Of a DNA stretch of 64,000 bases, positions 40,939 to 52,472 are shown one piece after another. Where the stretch lies: IMG/VR virus record IMGVR_UViG_2061766007_000872. One strand, written 5' to 3'. The DNA is from an uncultured virus (IMG/VR IMGVR_UViG_2061766007_000872). Lineage: Duplodnaviria; Heunggongvirae; Uroviricota; Caudoviricetes. The notes beneath the pieces were generated by a model. It was given only the letters and a program-made list of their open reading frames with translations, did no database searches and had not been told where the DNA came from. Positions within the stretch are counted from its first letter, which is position 1; each line of letters opens with the position of its first letter. The translations under genes were made by a program, and so were the position numbers.

Positions 40939-42456
40939 ATGAATGAACCATTTAGTGTTCCAACATCTGAAGAACTAGCAAATAATGATTTTGTTTATGC
41001 CAGAAGAGCCCGTTATGGTAGAGGTGAATATAAAATCTATAAATGCCCTGATGAATTAACTTTAGATGAAATTGCTTTAATTTGTGATGGCGGTAACTTA
41101 TGCTTTGGATATGCTAAGTATAAAGCATCAAGAACAGATATTGAAATATCAGAAGATTAGGAGGACTTTGAATAGTGAAGAATTTATTATTAGAAGAAGA
41201 TTTAGAAATTAGGCATTTACCAAATAATGCTAGATATACTGAAGCAATCTACTCTAAAAGTGGAGCAGTTGTCTTCAAATCAACAAATGATAAAAGTAAA
41301 CAAGTTTCAGAAGATGAACTTAGAATTCTATTAGGATAGTATGAGGAGGATTTAGACTTATGTTATTACCACTTTGTATAGTAGGTTTCATCATTGGAGG
41401 ATTAGCATTGATTATATTTATCATTACTCTTATCGGTGCTCTTGCCGAAGATTGTATTGGTGATACTCCATACTTAATTGTTTTATGTGTTTTTGCCGGT
41501 ATTGCAGTTGTAGGACTTGTTGTAGGCAGTTATAATTGTGCAGTTGGAAATAAAGAATATGATAAGATAACTAGAATTTATTCCTTACAACCTTCTGAAA
41601 GATTTGTTTTAGGTGCAAGTAGGGGTTATTACTATTATGACTTAAACGATACTAATGACACGTCTCGTATTGATAAGTTATCTTCTGATGAGACTACATT
41701 GATTCAAACTAATGATATTGAATATCCTTATATCTTAGAGCATAAAGTTAAATGGGAAGAAAAGGAATACTTCATCTATGTGCCAGAAGATGTTAAAATT
41801 ATCCAATATTCTATTGTTAAATAATGGAGGAAGATTATGACAATTAAGACAATTTTTATTTCTATTTTTGATGGAAAACGTATTGAAGAATGCTATAAAG
41901 ATGTAGATACAATTATAGATGGATATGGATTAGGTGAAAGTAGTCTTGTACAACTTACATTAAAATATAAAGATGGTACAATTCAAACTGTAGCATGTCA
42001 TTCTTTTGAAATAGAACCAGATGAAGTCATCAATAAAAATCATGGTTGTGGAACAACTTTTGATGACCTAATTGATATTGCTGGTAAGATTGATAAGAGT
42101 AGACAAGAAGAGGCTAAGAAGTATTTAGAGTCTCTCTTAGATAAAAGAAAAGATGATTCAGAAGTCAATACACAAGAAGATGAGAAGAAAGTAAATGATG
42201 ATGGATATGAGGAGTGGTGGGAATAATGAATAAATATAAAGTTGTTTGGCACTACGAGTCAGATTTATTTATATTAAATGGACCTAAATTTAAATCAGTA
42301 TGTGTATGCCCTGCTGAAAGTAAGGACAAAGCAATTAAGTTTGTAATGGGATTTGATGATGCAAGAGTAATTGAAGGCAAACAGTATAGTAATATAATCA
42401 TTGACAGTATAGAAGAGGTAAAAAATAATGAAAGAATCAGTAACAGTAAACACTAA
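40939..42456 (+). CDS. small hypothetical ORFs (40939, 41360 two-TM membrane protein, 41837, 42226)
   Basis: Tiled ORFs with SDs. Confidence 0.55.
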
Positions 42457-43171
42457 AAGAATGAGAATCATGATTGGTATTCTCGGCATGTTATTACCTT
42501 GGTTAGTGGCACTAATCACATTATCTTGGCCACAATCAATCTCAATTACTTACTATTCATTATTTGCAGTAGGTACATTTATGGTTGTCTTAGGTAGTGC
42601 AGGTATTTTATTAATCAACTATAAAGGATATGAAAAGATAGATGACATTACTGCAACTATTGCAGGTATCTTTGGTATTCTTATTTGTTTATTCCCTATG
42701 ACTTACTTACCAGACCCATCTGTTCAAACTGGTGTTTTACATTTAAGGTCAGACATAAGTAATATCTTCCATTGTATTTCTGCATTTGGTTTCTTTGCCA
42801 CATTAGCATTTATGTCATTCTTTCTATTCACAAAGACTGCAGGCGAGATGACAAAGCAAAAGAAGATAAAGAATATTATCTATAGAGTTTGTGGTGTTGG
42901 AATGCTCGGTTCCTTTGTATTGATGCTTTTACAATTTATTCCAGGATTCAATTGTTACAACTTAACTTGGATTGTTGAAGCAATTGCACTCTTCTTCTTT
43001 GGCTTTAGTTGGATTGTCAAATCAGATGCTTTTCCGTTCTTACAAGATAAAGAGAAGACTACAAGAAGTAAATCACATATAAAAGAACTCATGACAGAGC
43101 CTTTAAAAATTGATGACAAAGAATCTATAGACAAGTTCCTTGATGCATTGGGGGGAAACAAAGATGAATAA
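42428..43171 (+). CDS. multi-pass membrane protein (DUF998-like)
   Basis: About six hydrophobic segments; SISITYY, FH..SA..FF, WIVEAIAL. Confidence 0.65.
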   Translation: MKESVTVNTKRMRIMIGILGMLLPWLVALITLSWPQSISITYYSLFAVGTFMVVLGSAGILLINYKGYEKIDDITATIAGIFGILICLFPMTYLPDPSVQTGVLHLRSDISNIFHCISAFGFFATLAFMSFFLFTKTAGEMTKQKKIKNIIYRVCGVGMLGSFVLMLLQFIPGFNCYNLTWIVEAIALFFFGFSWIVKSDAFPFLQDKEKTTRSKSHIKELMTEPLKIDDKESIDKFLDALGGNKDE

Positions 43172-44965
43172 TAAGATAGAATTCAATAAGAAAGTAGGAT
43201 TCTTTTTTACATTTAAATATTCAGATATTATCATTGCGGATAGTAAAGAAGATGCTATGGATAAGATACAATACTATATACAAAATGGTATGAGATATGG
43301 TGAATTTGTTGAGTGTCTTGATTTAATTGAACTTGATAGCAATGGTGACCCTATAAATAAAAATGAAAATCTTATTAGATAATAAGTTGTATAATAAGAT
43401 ACAGAGTAAAGAATGAGGATTTTAAATAATGTTATATTGGTATGCTAGTCATTTAGGGGGTGTAATTTATTCCTCTAAATATAAAATTAGTGATGATGAT
43501 TTATATTGTGAGTCATGTGGAGATTCAGATACTTATCTTGGAAGATTTGAAACTGAAGAAGAAGCACATAAAGAATATATGCGTCGTATGGGCCTTGAAG
43601 ATGATGATGAAGTATTAAATGATTTAAATGGTGACTATGAACCAGATGTTGAAAGTCCTTTTGGAGTAGAATAATGGTTAATCCAATTAATTTACCGCTT
43701 TTAGATAAGTTAAGAAATAAAGAATCTTTAACTGATGAAGATTTAGAATTAATTTTAGAAAATGAAGAGTTTTTAAATACGCTTCTTACCTGGCTTCATT
43801 GGAATTTTGAGAAAAAAGGTTTTGAAATAGGCTATTATGGAGATGGCTTTATTGATTATAAAGAAACCAATGAATATATTGAGGATTATATGGATAAGAG
43901 GGGGATTCAATAATGACACCAGAACAAGTTTGGAAGTATGTAGAAGAAAAAGCAAAAAGTCCATTAGTTGGCGGATTTATGCAAAGATGTCTTAATTCTA
44001 TGAATTACTGTAGAGACAAAGGATATACTTTTACCTGTAAAGATGGAACAATGATTGCATCTAAAGAAGGTGAAGAAGAATACTCTTTTGAATTTGGCTC
44101 TTTGCGAGAAGATATTGAAAGAAGAGGGATTTAAAATGAATGTTAGTATTGAAAAGATTTACAAACAACGAATTGAAGAATTAGCAAAATTACTTAATTT
44201 AAGTTATGAAGATGCAGAAAGATTCTTTGTAGCAGGCATGCGAGAATTGCTTAAATAAATGAGTGTGACACAATTTAATAGTATTGCAGAGTGCTTTAGT
44301 GTATTAGTCAGTAAAGCAAGTAAAGGTGATGAACAATCTAGAAAAGAATTATTAAAAGTATTTTCAGAAGAAGAGGTTGAAAAACTTATTTCTATTGCTC
44401 TTGAGGAGAATAAATAATGGAAGATAAAACATTCTTAAAGTGGACCTATGTAGGTGATAATAAAGATGCAGTAGTTATGGTAATGGATTCTAAAACATTT
44501 GAATGCCTTAGACAAACTTTAGATGAACATAAAAGANNNNNNNNNNNNNNNNNNNNNNNNNGTGATATGGCGAATGGCTTTCCATGTCCAAATTGGAGAA
44601 CAACTAATGAATAATGTTGAAGTTTTACTTAGAGCATTGAAAGTTGGATATATCTATTATCCAATAGATGACCCTGATGATTGCTATAGATATAGAGTCA
44701 CTGGCATGCATTATAATCCTAATTATGGAAGATATTACATTACTTGTGCTGATGGCGTTGGTGAATTATTTCCTGAAGATTGTGGCAAGACTTGGAGAAT
44801 TTAAATATGGTAGAGAGATTTAAAAATTTAGAAGAAACATTTAAAGAAGGTCAAGAATGGGCAGAAGAAATTTGTAACTACTTTGATGAGACAAATAAAG
44901 CACAAATGCAAAGCCTATTAAACTTAATCAACTTAGCATATAATTTAGGTAAAGAAGAAGCATAA
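43164..44965 (+). CDS. cluster of small hypothetical ORFs (43164, 43429, 43674, 43913, 44136, 44417, 44607, 44807)
   Basis: Tiled + strand ORFs. Confidence 0.5.
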
Positions 44966-44974
44966 TTTTTCTAA

Positions 44975-45003
44975 TTGACAAAGACTATTTAATGCTTTAT
45001 AAT
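44975..45003 (+). promoter_or_regulatory. sigmaA-type promoter
   Basis: TTGACA-17-TATAAT. Confidence 0.85.
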
Positions 45004-45024
45004 ACATTATGAAGAGGTATATTT

Positions 45025-46139
45025 ATGTTAGCGAGTAAAATTATTGCAACAGTTATTCTAGCCATCATGGCTATCTTTTCATTCTTTAAGAATATCAAAG
45101 TATATGAGGAAGATGCAGCAGTATTGATATTTACTGTAGTAGACTTAGCATTATTTGTTTTTGTTGGTGTAGTTGTGTGGGGTGTTATTTAAATGGTTAA
45201 AAAATTAAGTAATGAAATTAAAAAACAAATTGAATGTAGAATTCACATTAGATTTGGACAAGATGTTAAACATCATAAGGATGTTACTTTAGCAAAGTTA
45301 GTTTGTGATACATGGGATGTTGAAAGTAAACTAGAACATAAAGATAAATATTGTTGTGAAGATTATCTTGTTCTTGTTGTAGATACAACTTTAAATTTAC
45401 TTGATGTAGAGGGCTTTGTTAAAGCATTGAATTTTGATGTTGATATCTATTATGAGAATGGTTCATTCCAGGCATTATATGATAACACTTATTGCTAATG
45501 TTTTCTAGACTACATCAAGAAAAAGTGATACATTCTAGAAAAAATATGAGAAAAAATTGAAAAGTTAAGAGGTAGTCAAATAAAATTATGGAACAAAGCG
45601 AGAAGAATAAAGTAATTACATTATCAGAAGATAATCTTCAAATAATCAAACAAGCATTATTTCATTATGCATCATTTTTACATAAAGAACATGATAATCC
45701 AGGATATAAAGGGAATTTAGATTATGTTGAAAGAATTGAAAGAATCTACAAAAAATGTATTGAATGTAATTCAACTATCAAGAAACAAGAATCTACTATA
45801 AAATAATCAAAGAGTAAAATTATGGATGAAGAAAAAAGATATTATTTAGTTAAAAAGATGTTCACATCATCTGAAGATGTTGATGCTTATGATATTCTAG
45901 ACTCATGGTATCTTCAATCTAAAAGAGGTTGTGTATATGATAGACTCATTGTTGAATATGAAAATCTATTGCCTATTCTTTATGGTGAAGAGTATTATGA
46001 TAATCCATATGGCTCCAACTATTCTTATGATGAATTAGGATATTTCATTGCTTGTTCAGATGATAAGAATGAACTTGAGATTTTAATGCGAGAAACAGTT
46101 GAAAGAGAGAAACAAAGATTACATCAAAGTGCATGCTAA
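45025..46139 (+). CDS. small ORFs (45025-45192 two-TM peptide, 45193, 45588, 45822)
   Basis: SD-bearing ORFs after the sigmaA promoter. Confidence 0.55.
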
Positions 46140-46144
46140 ATTAA
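46134..46144 (+). promoter_or_regulatory. putative late promoter TGCTAAATT
   Basis: Same motif at 33387, 52029, 56071, 59503, 59610 and (minus strand) 26222-26233; marks the start of the structural region. Confidence 0.65.
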
Positions 46145-46281
46145 GTAGACATAGGTGTTATGATTTCTACTGAAAGAAATTATTGGTTATGCTTTACTTA
46201 AAAGTATCTATATAATAATATATTGAAAACATAACACTTCTCTATTGTCGTTTAGAAGTGTTTTATTTATAAGGAGTACTT

Positions 46282-48396
46282 ATGGAATTTAAGAACAAGC
46301 AAAAGAAAGGTTGGATTCTTGAGGAGATTGAGAAGAAAACTGAATGCTTAGAATCTAAGAATTTTGGTGGTGAAGAACCAGAAGATGTTGAAAAGCATCA
46401 AGAAGAAGTTAACAAAGAAATCAACAAGAGATTTGATGGTGTTAAAAAAGTTGCACAGAAAGTTGTTGGTCAAGACTTTGAAGAACATGCAAAGCCTCAT
46501 AAAGTTGAAGTCTACTATGTTGGTAGAAAAGACTTAGGCGAAGCAATTGGTAAACTCAAAGAACAAAACATCAACTATACAATAAAAAGAAGTCCTAAAG
46601 ATGGTTTCCGTTATGTTGTTGAGTATTTTAGCAATGAACATAAGAAAGATGAACCATTATTAGAAAAGATTGACTTAGAGGAAGAAGATGCTAGAGAAGG
46701 TTTCATTAGTGGTGCTGAAGAATTATCCCATGATGAACTTGCTAATCTTGAAAAGAGTTTATGGGATAAGTTAGGAGAAAATGAAATTCATCCAGAGGAC
46801 GGCACATTTAGTAACTCTTCAAATAGACTTGCTGATTTAGATTTATACATGGTTATTGATGGTGACTGGAAGCATGACCATTTACTTGCTGAACATCTTG
46901 TTGAAGAATGGTGTAAAGAAAATGGCTATGTCATCATCAAACATACATCAGAAGAAATTGGTGATAGTGATAGTGATGATTATAAAGCAGAACATAAGTG
47001 GTTCTTAATTAAAGATACTGATGGTAAAATGGGTGATACAGTTGCTGGTTTTAAAAAGATGTTCTCAAAACCTGAAGATGATGAAATTAGTGAACTTGAA
47101 GGTGAAGAAGTTGACATCAAATTTGCTGACGAATCTTTAAAAGAAGATGTTGAAACAAGAATGTATGCCGTCTATTCAGATAAAGATGACGGTCCAACAA
47201 TGGATGAAATCAAAGGTGCTATAGATGAAATTGATTCAAAGATTGAAGATGTTAAAGAACAAGGTGATGGTTGCTATTCAGTTTACTTTAAAGCATCAAA
47301 AGATAACTTATTTAAAGTTTTAGATTCATTAGGAATTCCACATGAAGATGATTCTGAATATATTGTCAATGAAGTCTTAGATGATGAAGAATTACCAGAT
47401 GCAATTCCAGAAGAACCAATTGTTGTTTCTACTGAACCAGAAGGTGAAGCAAAAGTTGTAGAAGAACCAACTGAAGAAGTTAAGAAAGCAGGTTTATATA
47501 ATGCCTTATCTTCAGAATTAAGGGATACATTACAAGATATTGAAAACTTAAAGTCTTTAACTGTTACTTTTATAGAAGAAGGTAGAGAAGATTTAATTGA
47601 TGACTTAAATGCTATTATAGATGAAAGAACTATTCACAGTGGTATGCTTCAACAATTAATGACAAGAGTTGAAGGTAAAGTTGAAGCAGAAGAAACTAAT
47701 ACTGAACCAGTCAAAGAAGAATCTTTGAATGAAAATTTAGGTGATGATATTGAAAAAGAATTAAAGAAGTATGCAGATGATTTTGAATATGTAGCAGATG
47801 CATATGATGATGACAATAAAGATATTATGGTCTTTGCTACTAGAAATGAAGAAGCAAAAGATAAAGCACTAAAAGAATTAGGAGATAAATTGGGCCTCAA
47901 AGATGCTGGCTATGATGACAGAGAAAAAGCATGGTGCATTAGTAAAAGAGCAAATAGAGAGGCTAAAGAATCTTTAGAAGAAGCAAAAGAAGAAACTATC
48001 CATTTAGACAAATATGAAATAGATGACAAAGATAGTGAAGAACAAAAAGAAGATGCCAAGATTATGCCTTATGGTGAAGTCACTAAGAAACAATGGGAAG
48101 ACTTCTTAAGTAAAGCAAAATGGCCATATTGGCTTGCTTGGGAAAACTTAAAGAACGAAGTTGAACNNNNNNNNNNNNNNNNNTCATTTTCACTCCACAC
48201 ATTTGGTGAAGATGGAAGCAAAAGAGGCAATTTAGTGTATGATAATTATAGTGAGGCAAAGCAACATCTGGAAGAAATCTCAGAAGATGGACCATATGAA
48301 GGTGTTTTTTCAGCAGAATTGTATGATGATACAAAAGATAAACTGATTGCATCTTGGGAAGAAGGTGAGGATATTTGGTACTCATCAAAAAAGTAA
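46282..48396 (+). CDS. large acidic protein, probably virion-internal or scaffold-like
   Basis: Very D/E-rich; repeated ESL(K/N/E)E motifs; follows the late motif. Confidence 0.55.
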   Translation: MEFKNKQKKGWILEEIEKKTECLESKNFGGEEPEDVEKHQEEVNKEINKRFDGVKKVAQKVVGQDFEEHAKPHKVEVYYVGRKDLGEAIGKLKEQNINYTIKRSPKDGFRYVVEYFSNEHKKDEPLLEKIDLEEEDAREGFISGAEELSHDELANLEKSLWDKLGENEIHPEDGTFSNSSNRLADLDLYMVIDGDWKHDHLLAEHLVEEWCKENGYVIIKHTSEEIGDSDSDDYKAEHKWFLIKDTDGKMGDTVAGFKKMFSKPEDDEISELEGEEVDIKFADESLKEDVETRMYAVYSDKDDGPTMDEIKGAIDEIDSKIEDVKEQGDGCYSVYFKASKDNLFKVLDSLGIPHEDDSEYIVNEVLDDEELPDAIPEEPIVVSTEPEGEAKVVEEPTEEVKKAGLYNALSSELRDTLQDIENLKSLTVTFIEEGREDLIDDLNAIIDERTIHSGMLQQLMTRVEGKVEAEETNTEPVKEESLNENLGDDIEKELKKYADDFEYVADAYDDDNKDIMVFATRNEEAKDKALKELGDKLGLKDAGYDDREKAWCISKRANREAKESLEEAKEETIHLDKYEIDDKDSEEQKEDAKIMPYGEVTKKQWEDFLSKAKWPYWLAWENLKNEVEXXXXXXSFSLHTFGEDGSKRGNLVYDNYSEAKQHLEEISEDGPYEGVFSAELYDDTKDKLIASWEEGEDIWYSSKK

Positions 48397-48419
48397 ATAA
48401 ATAAAGGGGGCATATTATA

Positions 48420-51400
48420 ATGATTGTCTCTAAAACAATTCATGAGTCTAGAGAAGACTTATACAATACATTATATACAACTAAAGAACCAGAATACGGT
48501 AGTTGTTATCTTTTAGATGATGGAACATTTGTCTTTCCATTTACAAAAGATGAGAAGACATCTTTAGCATTTCACGGAGATGAAGAAGACATTATTTATA
48601 ATAAACATGGACAATTCAAGGGTTATGATTTGAATCATGAATTGCAACATGAGTATAATGCAATACTATTAAATAGTAGAAACCCTGAATGTAGAATGAA
48701 CTTTAGAGGAAAGCCAACATCTGCTCAGTACAATGCTTTATTAAACTGGTTAGATTTTGTAGTAGCAGAAGGAAATGATAAAGTAGATTTTGAAGACTTC
48801 GGAACAGAACAAACTTCTGGTAAGTTTGCAACAATGAGTCTAAAAAATAAGACATCTGAAGAAATTATAGATAGCATTAAAAGATATTTCATCTCTGGTG
48901 TTTTAACTGAGTCTGCTCATTTAGTAGATGAAGAAAATAAAAATGTCTTCTATACTAAAGAAGTTTATGACTTGAAGAACTATATTGTAAATAATGTAAG
49001 CAAAGATGTAATTAAGATTTGTGATTATGTTTCTCAAGGTCTATATGTTTTCTGTAACGCTTACAATGGTATTCATGAGATGCTAGAAGAAATGGCACAA
49101 GAACAAGGTCTAGTTGATTCTTCTAATGATGTCAGATATGTTGCATATACTGGTACTACAGAAGATGATGATTACGAAACAATTGACTATTCTGATGGTA
49201 TTGTTTATGATTATGGAGACTTTAAGATATTTGAAGTTACACTTGCTATGGGAAAAAGTAAGTTCATTGGTTCTAGACTTCAAAGAGCATTAGGTCAATT
49301 TAAGAGTAAATATAGATTAGTTAATGGCTCATTTAGAAGAATTGAATCTTTAAACGAATTCTTTGATAGATTAGATACATATGCTGGTGCAGATGTCTAT
49401 GCAACGGATAGTGCATATCAATTAAAAAATACTATAGAGAAGAGTGAAATTCCACTTAGAATTTATTTTTGGAAAGACACTTATTATTTCTGTAGTGCTG
49501 TTGGAGATATGACCCATGATGGCATGATGCAATTTACAAGTGATTACGGTTATAGTGATTGGAATGACAATTCATTTAAATATAAAGACTATATGGTATT
49601 TTTACCAAATAACGAAGTAGACTTTTATGATACAACTTTGGGTGAAGATGACTACTTTGATTGTAGAGTCTATCCTTTTGGTGTTATGTATGTGAGAGAT
49701 AAGAATGCATACTCAAATAGTTTATTTAAAGCATTAGGTGAACCTCTAAGAGAAATACACTATAATGAATTTAGAGATAGAGTAAAGATTTCAACAAAAG
49801 ATAAAGTCTATGACTTTGATGCTGATAGCATAGGTGGTCCATGGTGTGCTTTAGATATGCAACTTGAAAATTTGAATGATGATGAGTCATTAAAAGAAGA
49901 TGTAAACAAATATTATAGATTAGAACTTGAAGATTGTTGGAGAAATAGATTAGGATTATTTACTGGTGCTTTTGAGACAATTCCTTCAAAAGAAACAATA
50001 GAAAATTATCCTGAAGATTTTGAAGATTTAACTCCAGAAGAAAGAGAAAGATATTATAGATTTGATGAATTACTTGATAAACTTAGTCAAATAAAATCAC
50101 CTGGTGTTGATGCTGAGTTTCAAAACTTTAAAGAGGATGATATCTTTGCTTTTACAAGTAGTAAATATAATGAAATTTTACCTATCATTAAAGAGATGAG
50201 ACAACTCTTGAAAGAAATGGGTTTTAAACTTATCATTAAAGAGTTAGATATTGATGATGCAAACATTTCATATAGAGATGATGACCAAGTAGCATTTTCA
50301 AAAAGTAACTCAAGCAAATATGTCAATGAATCTAAACAAGATATAGAAAAGTTTAGACAATGGGCTGGTGATGAACTTGCNNNNNNNNNNNNNNNNNNNN
50401 NNNNNNNAGATAGATTACCAGATAGAGCAAAAGATATTTATTATTGGATGGGAAATGAGAAACAACTTCTAAATCTCAAAGATAGATATAAAAATGCTCA
50501 AGAACACTCTAATACTTCAAACTATGAGAAGTGGGCACATGAGAATGCAATTGATAGTTTAAAGACTGCATTAGATAATGTAGAGCAAACTCCAACAAGA
50601 AGAGAGGTAAATAAACTTGGAAAAGCAGGTTCTGAAAAGATATATGAAGATGATAATTGGTTAGTTTTAAAAATCAATACATATGAAGCATCAGTTAAAT
50701 ATGGTAAAGGTACTGAATGGTGCATAACAGGTAATAATTCTGACCAAGGTAGAATGGACTTTAATCATCATACTTTAGATTCTGGTGCAACAATATATTT
50801 CTTTATTAATAAGAAAAACAAATTACATAAATATGCTTTAGAGTATGTTAATGATAAGAATTGGTGTTTATTTGATGAAACTGATTTCCCACATGTTGGT
50901 TATGGTACATCTTTTGAGAGAGGTGTAAATTCAATGGGTGGTGAACATTGGTATAAAGGAGATGCTAGAGATACTTTTCCTGTTATTAAAGGTTTACCAG
51001 ATATAAATAAAGCATATGATGACTTTGAGAGATTAAATGAATCACTCTTATTAGAAAAGAATAGACAAGATTTATTAAATAAGTCTAGAGCATCTGATAA
51101 CTATTCTTCCAAAGATAGACAAGGTGAGAATAGATATACAAGAAGATTGAAATCTCAAATAGCAAATAGTGTTAGAGATTACAATAGAATTGATATGGAT
51201 GCTTTCTGGAAAGGTGATATCTTAGACTTTGATGTTAGAGTTCATGGTGAGACAGATGACTATGTTGTTAGTCTTGACTTCTCTAATATCTTAAGAAGAT
51301 TACAACAAGAAGTAAGTGCTAATAAGAATAGATTAGAATTTAAATGTGTTCTAAGAGCATTAGTTGGTGCTTTCAATAGTGATAGTGACTTGCTTGTTTC

Positions 51401-52022
51401 TTGTACTTGTCCAGACTGGAAATATAGACAAGCCTATTGGGCAACAAGAGGTGGCTACAATAGTGGTCAACCTCAACCAAGTAATGGCATGGCTATTGCT
51501 AATCCTAATGATACAAAAGGTGGTGGTTGTAAGCATGTCAACTTAGTTCTTTCTAACTTAGACTGGATGATGAAGATTGCTTCAGTTATTAACAACTACA
51601 TTAAATGGACAAGAGATAATATGGGAAGAAACTATGCAGACTATATTTTCCCTAAAGTCTATGGAATGCCTTATAAGAAAGCAGTGCAATTATCTTTATT
51701 AGATAAGGAAGATAAATTTGGTGATGCTATTCTTCCAAGTGATATTGATACAATTAATCAAGCAATTGAAAGAGGCATGATTGGAAAAGATGACCAAGGT
51801 AAGTTTGTTAAAGGTAATGAGTATAGATTCCAAAAGACAACTAAACCTCAACCAGAAGATAATCCAGACCAAATGAAACTTGATTTAGATAATGAGGAAG
51901 AAGATAAAGAAGTTAATAAATCAGTTGCTGATATTGAAAAAGAAAAGAATGTAAGATTTACAAAAGATGAACCTCAAGAATCTGAAGAAGATGAAGAGGC
52001 AAACATCAGATTTGAAAAGTAG
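48420..52022 (+). CDS. 1200-aa multidomain protein with a C-terminal SWIM-type zinc finger
   Basis: VSCTCPDW…GCKH; YEASVKYGKGTEWCIT domain; xxES/ESLxE linkers. Confidence 0.6.
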   Translation: MIVSKTIHESREDLYNTLYTTKEPEYGSCYLLDDGTFVFPFTKDEKTSLAFHGDEEDIIYNKHGQFKGYDLNHELQHEYNAILLNSRNPECRMNFRGKPTSAQYNALLNWLDFVVAEGNDKVDFEDFGTEQTSGKFATMSLKNKTSEEIIDSIKRYFISGVLTESAHLVDEENKNVFYTKEVYDLKNYIVNNVSKDVIKICDYVSQGLYVFCNAYNGIHEMLEEMAQEQGLVDSSNDVRYVAYTGTTEDDDYETIDYSDGIVYDYGDFKIFEVTLAMGKSKFIGSRLQRALGQFKSKYRLVNGSFRRIESLNEFFDRLDTYAGADVYATDSAYQLKNTIEKSEIPLRIYFWKDTYYFCSAVGDMTHDGMMQFTSDYGYSDWNDNSFKYKDYMVFLPNNEVDFYDTTLGEDDYFDCRVYPFGVMYVRDKNAYSNSLFKALGEPLREIHYNEFRDRVKISTKDKVYDFDADSIGGPWCALDMQLENLNDDESLKEDVNKYYRLELEDCWRNRLGLFTGAFETIPSKETIENYPEDFEDLTPEERERYYRFDELLDKLSQIKSPGVDAEFQNFKEDDIFAFTSSKYNEILPIIKEMRQLLKEMGFKLIIKELDIDDANISYRDDDQVAFSKSNSSKYVNESKQDIEKFRQWAGDELXXXXXXXXXXDRLPDRAKDIYYWMGNEKQLLNLKDRYKNAQEHSNTSNYEKWAHENAIDSLKTALDNVEQTPTRREVNKLGKAGSEKIYEDDNWLVLKINTYEASVKYGKGTEWCITGNNSDQGRMDFNHHTLDSGATIYFFINKKNKLHKYALEYVNDKNWCLFDETDFPHVGYGTSFERGVNSMGGEHWYKGDARDTFPVIKGLPDINKAYDDFERLNESLLLEKNRQDLLNKSRASDNYSSKDRQGENRYTRRLKSQIANSVRDYNRIDMDAFWKGDILDFDVRVHGETDDYVVSLDFSNILRRLQQEVSANKNRLEFKCVLRALVGAFNSDSDLLVSCTCPDWKYRQAYWATRGGYNSGQPQPSNGMAIANPNDTKGGGCKHVNLVLSNLDWMMKIASVINNYIKWTRDNMGRNYADYIFPKVYGMPYKKAVQLSLLDKEDKFGDAILPSDIDTINQAIERGMIGKDDQGKFVKGNEYRFQKTTKPQPEDNPDQMKLDLDNEEEDKEVNKSVADIEKEKNVRFTKDEPQESEEDEEANIRFEK

Positions 52023-52028
52023 CATTTA

Positions 52029-52040
52029 TGCTAAATTTAA
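52029..52040 (+). promoter_or_regulatory. putative late promoter
   Basis: TGCTAAATTTAA in the intergenic gap. Confidence 0.65.
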
Positions 52041-52062
52041 ATGAGATGAAGGAGACAATCCA

Positions 52063-52467
52063 ATGTTTGATATTACTAGAAATGGCATTATAACAATGAA
52101 TAGAGGTGATACTTGGAATACTGAGATTTTTGTTAATCTTGGTACAACATTAGACCCACAACCTGGTACACTTGGTCCTAATGACTTTATTTATTTTGGT
52201 GTTATGGAACCAAATCAACCTTTTGACTTTGCTCTTGTTAGAAAAAGATATGATGAGAGTGATGCTGCTAAAGATGAAGAAGGACATGTTAAACAAGGAT
52301 TCTATAAAATAAGATTTGATGTTGAAGACACAGAGAAACTTTTACCTGGCACTTACTACTATGAAGTTAAATTATTAAGGGAAGAACTTGATGACGAACA
52401 AGTGCCAACAGGTAAGTATTTAGTTGATACAATCATTCCAAGAACAAAATTTGTGATTTATGAGTAA
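52063..52467 (+). CDS. BppU-like baseplate/tail-associated protein
   Basis: ITMNRGDT…EDTEKLLPGTYYYEVKL…VDTIIP. Confidence 0.55.
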   Translation: MFDITRNGIITMNRGDTWNTEIFVNLGTTLDPQPGTLGPNDFIYFGVMEPNQPFDFALVRKRYDESDAAKDEEGHVKQGFYKIRFDVEDTEKLLPGTYYYEVKLLREELDDEQVPTGKYLVDTIIPRTKFVIYE

Positions 52468-52472
52468 TTAAT

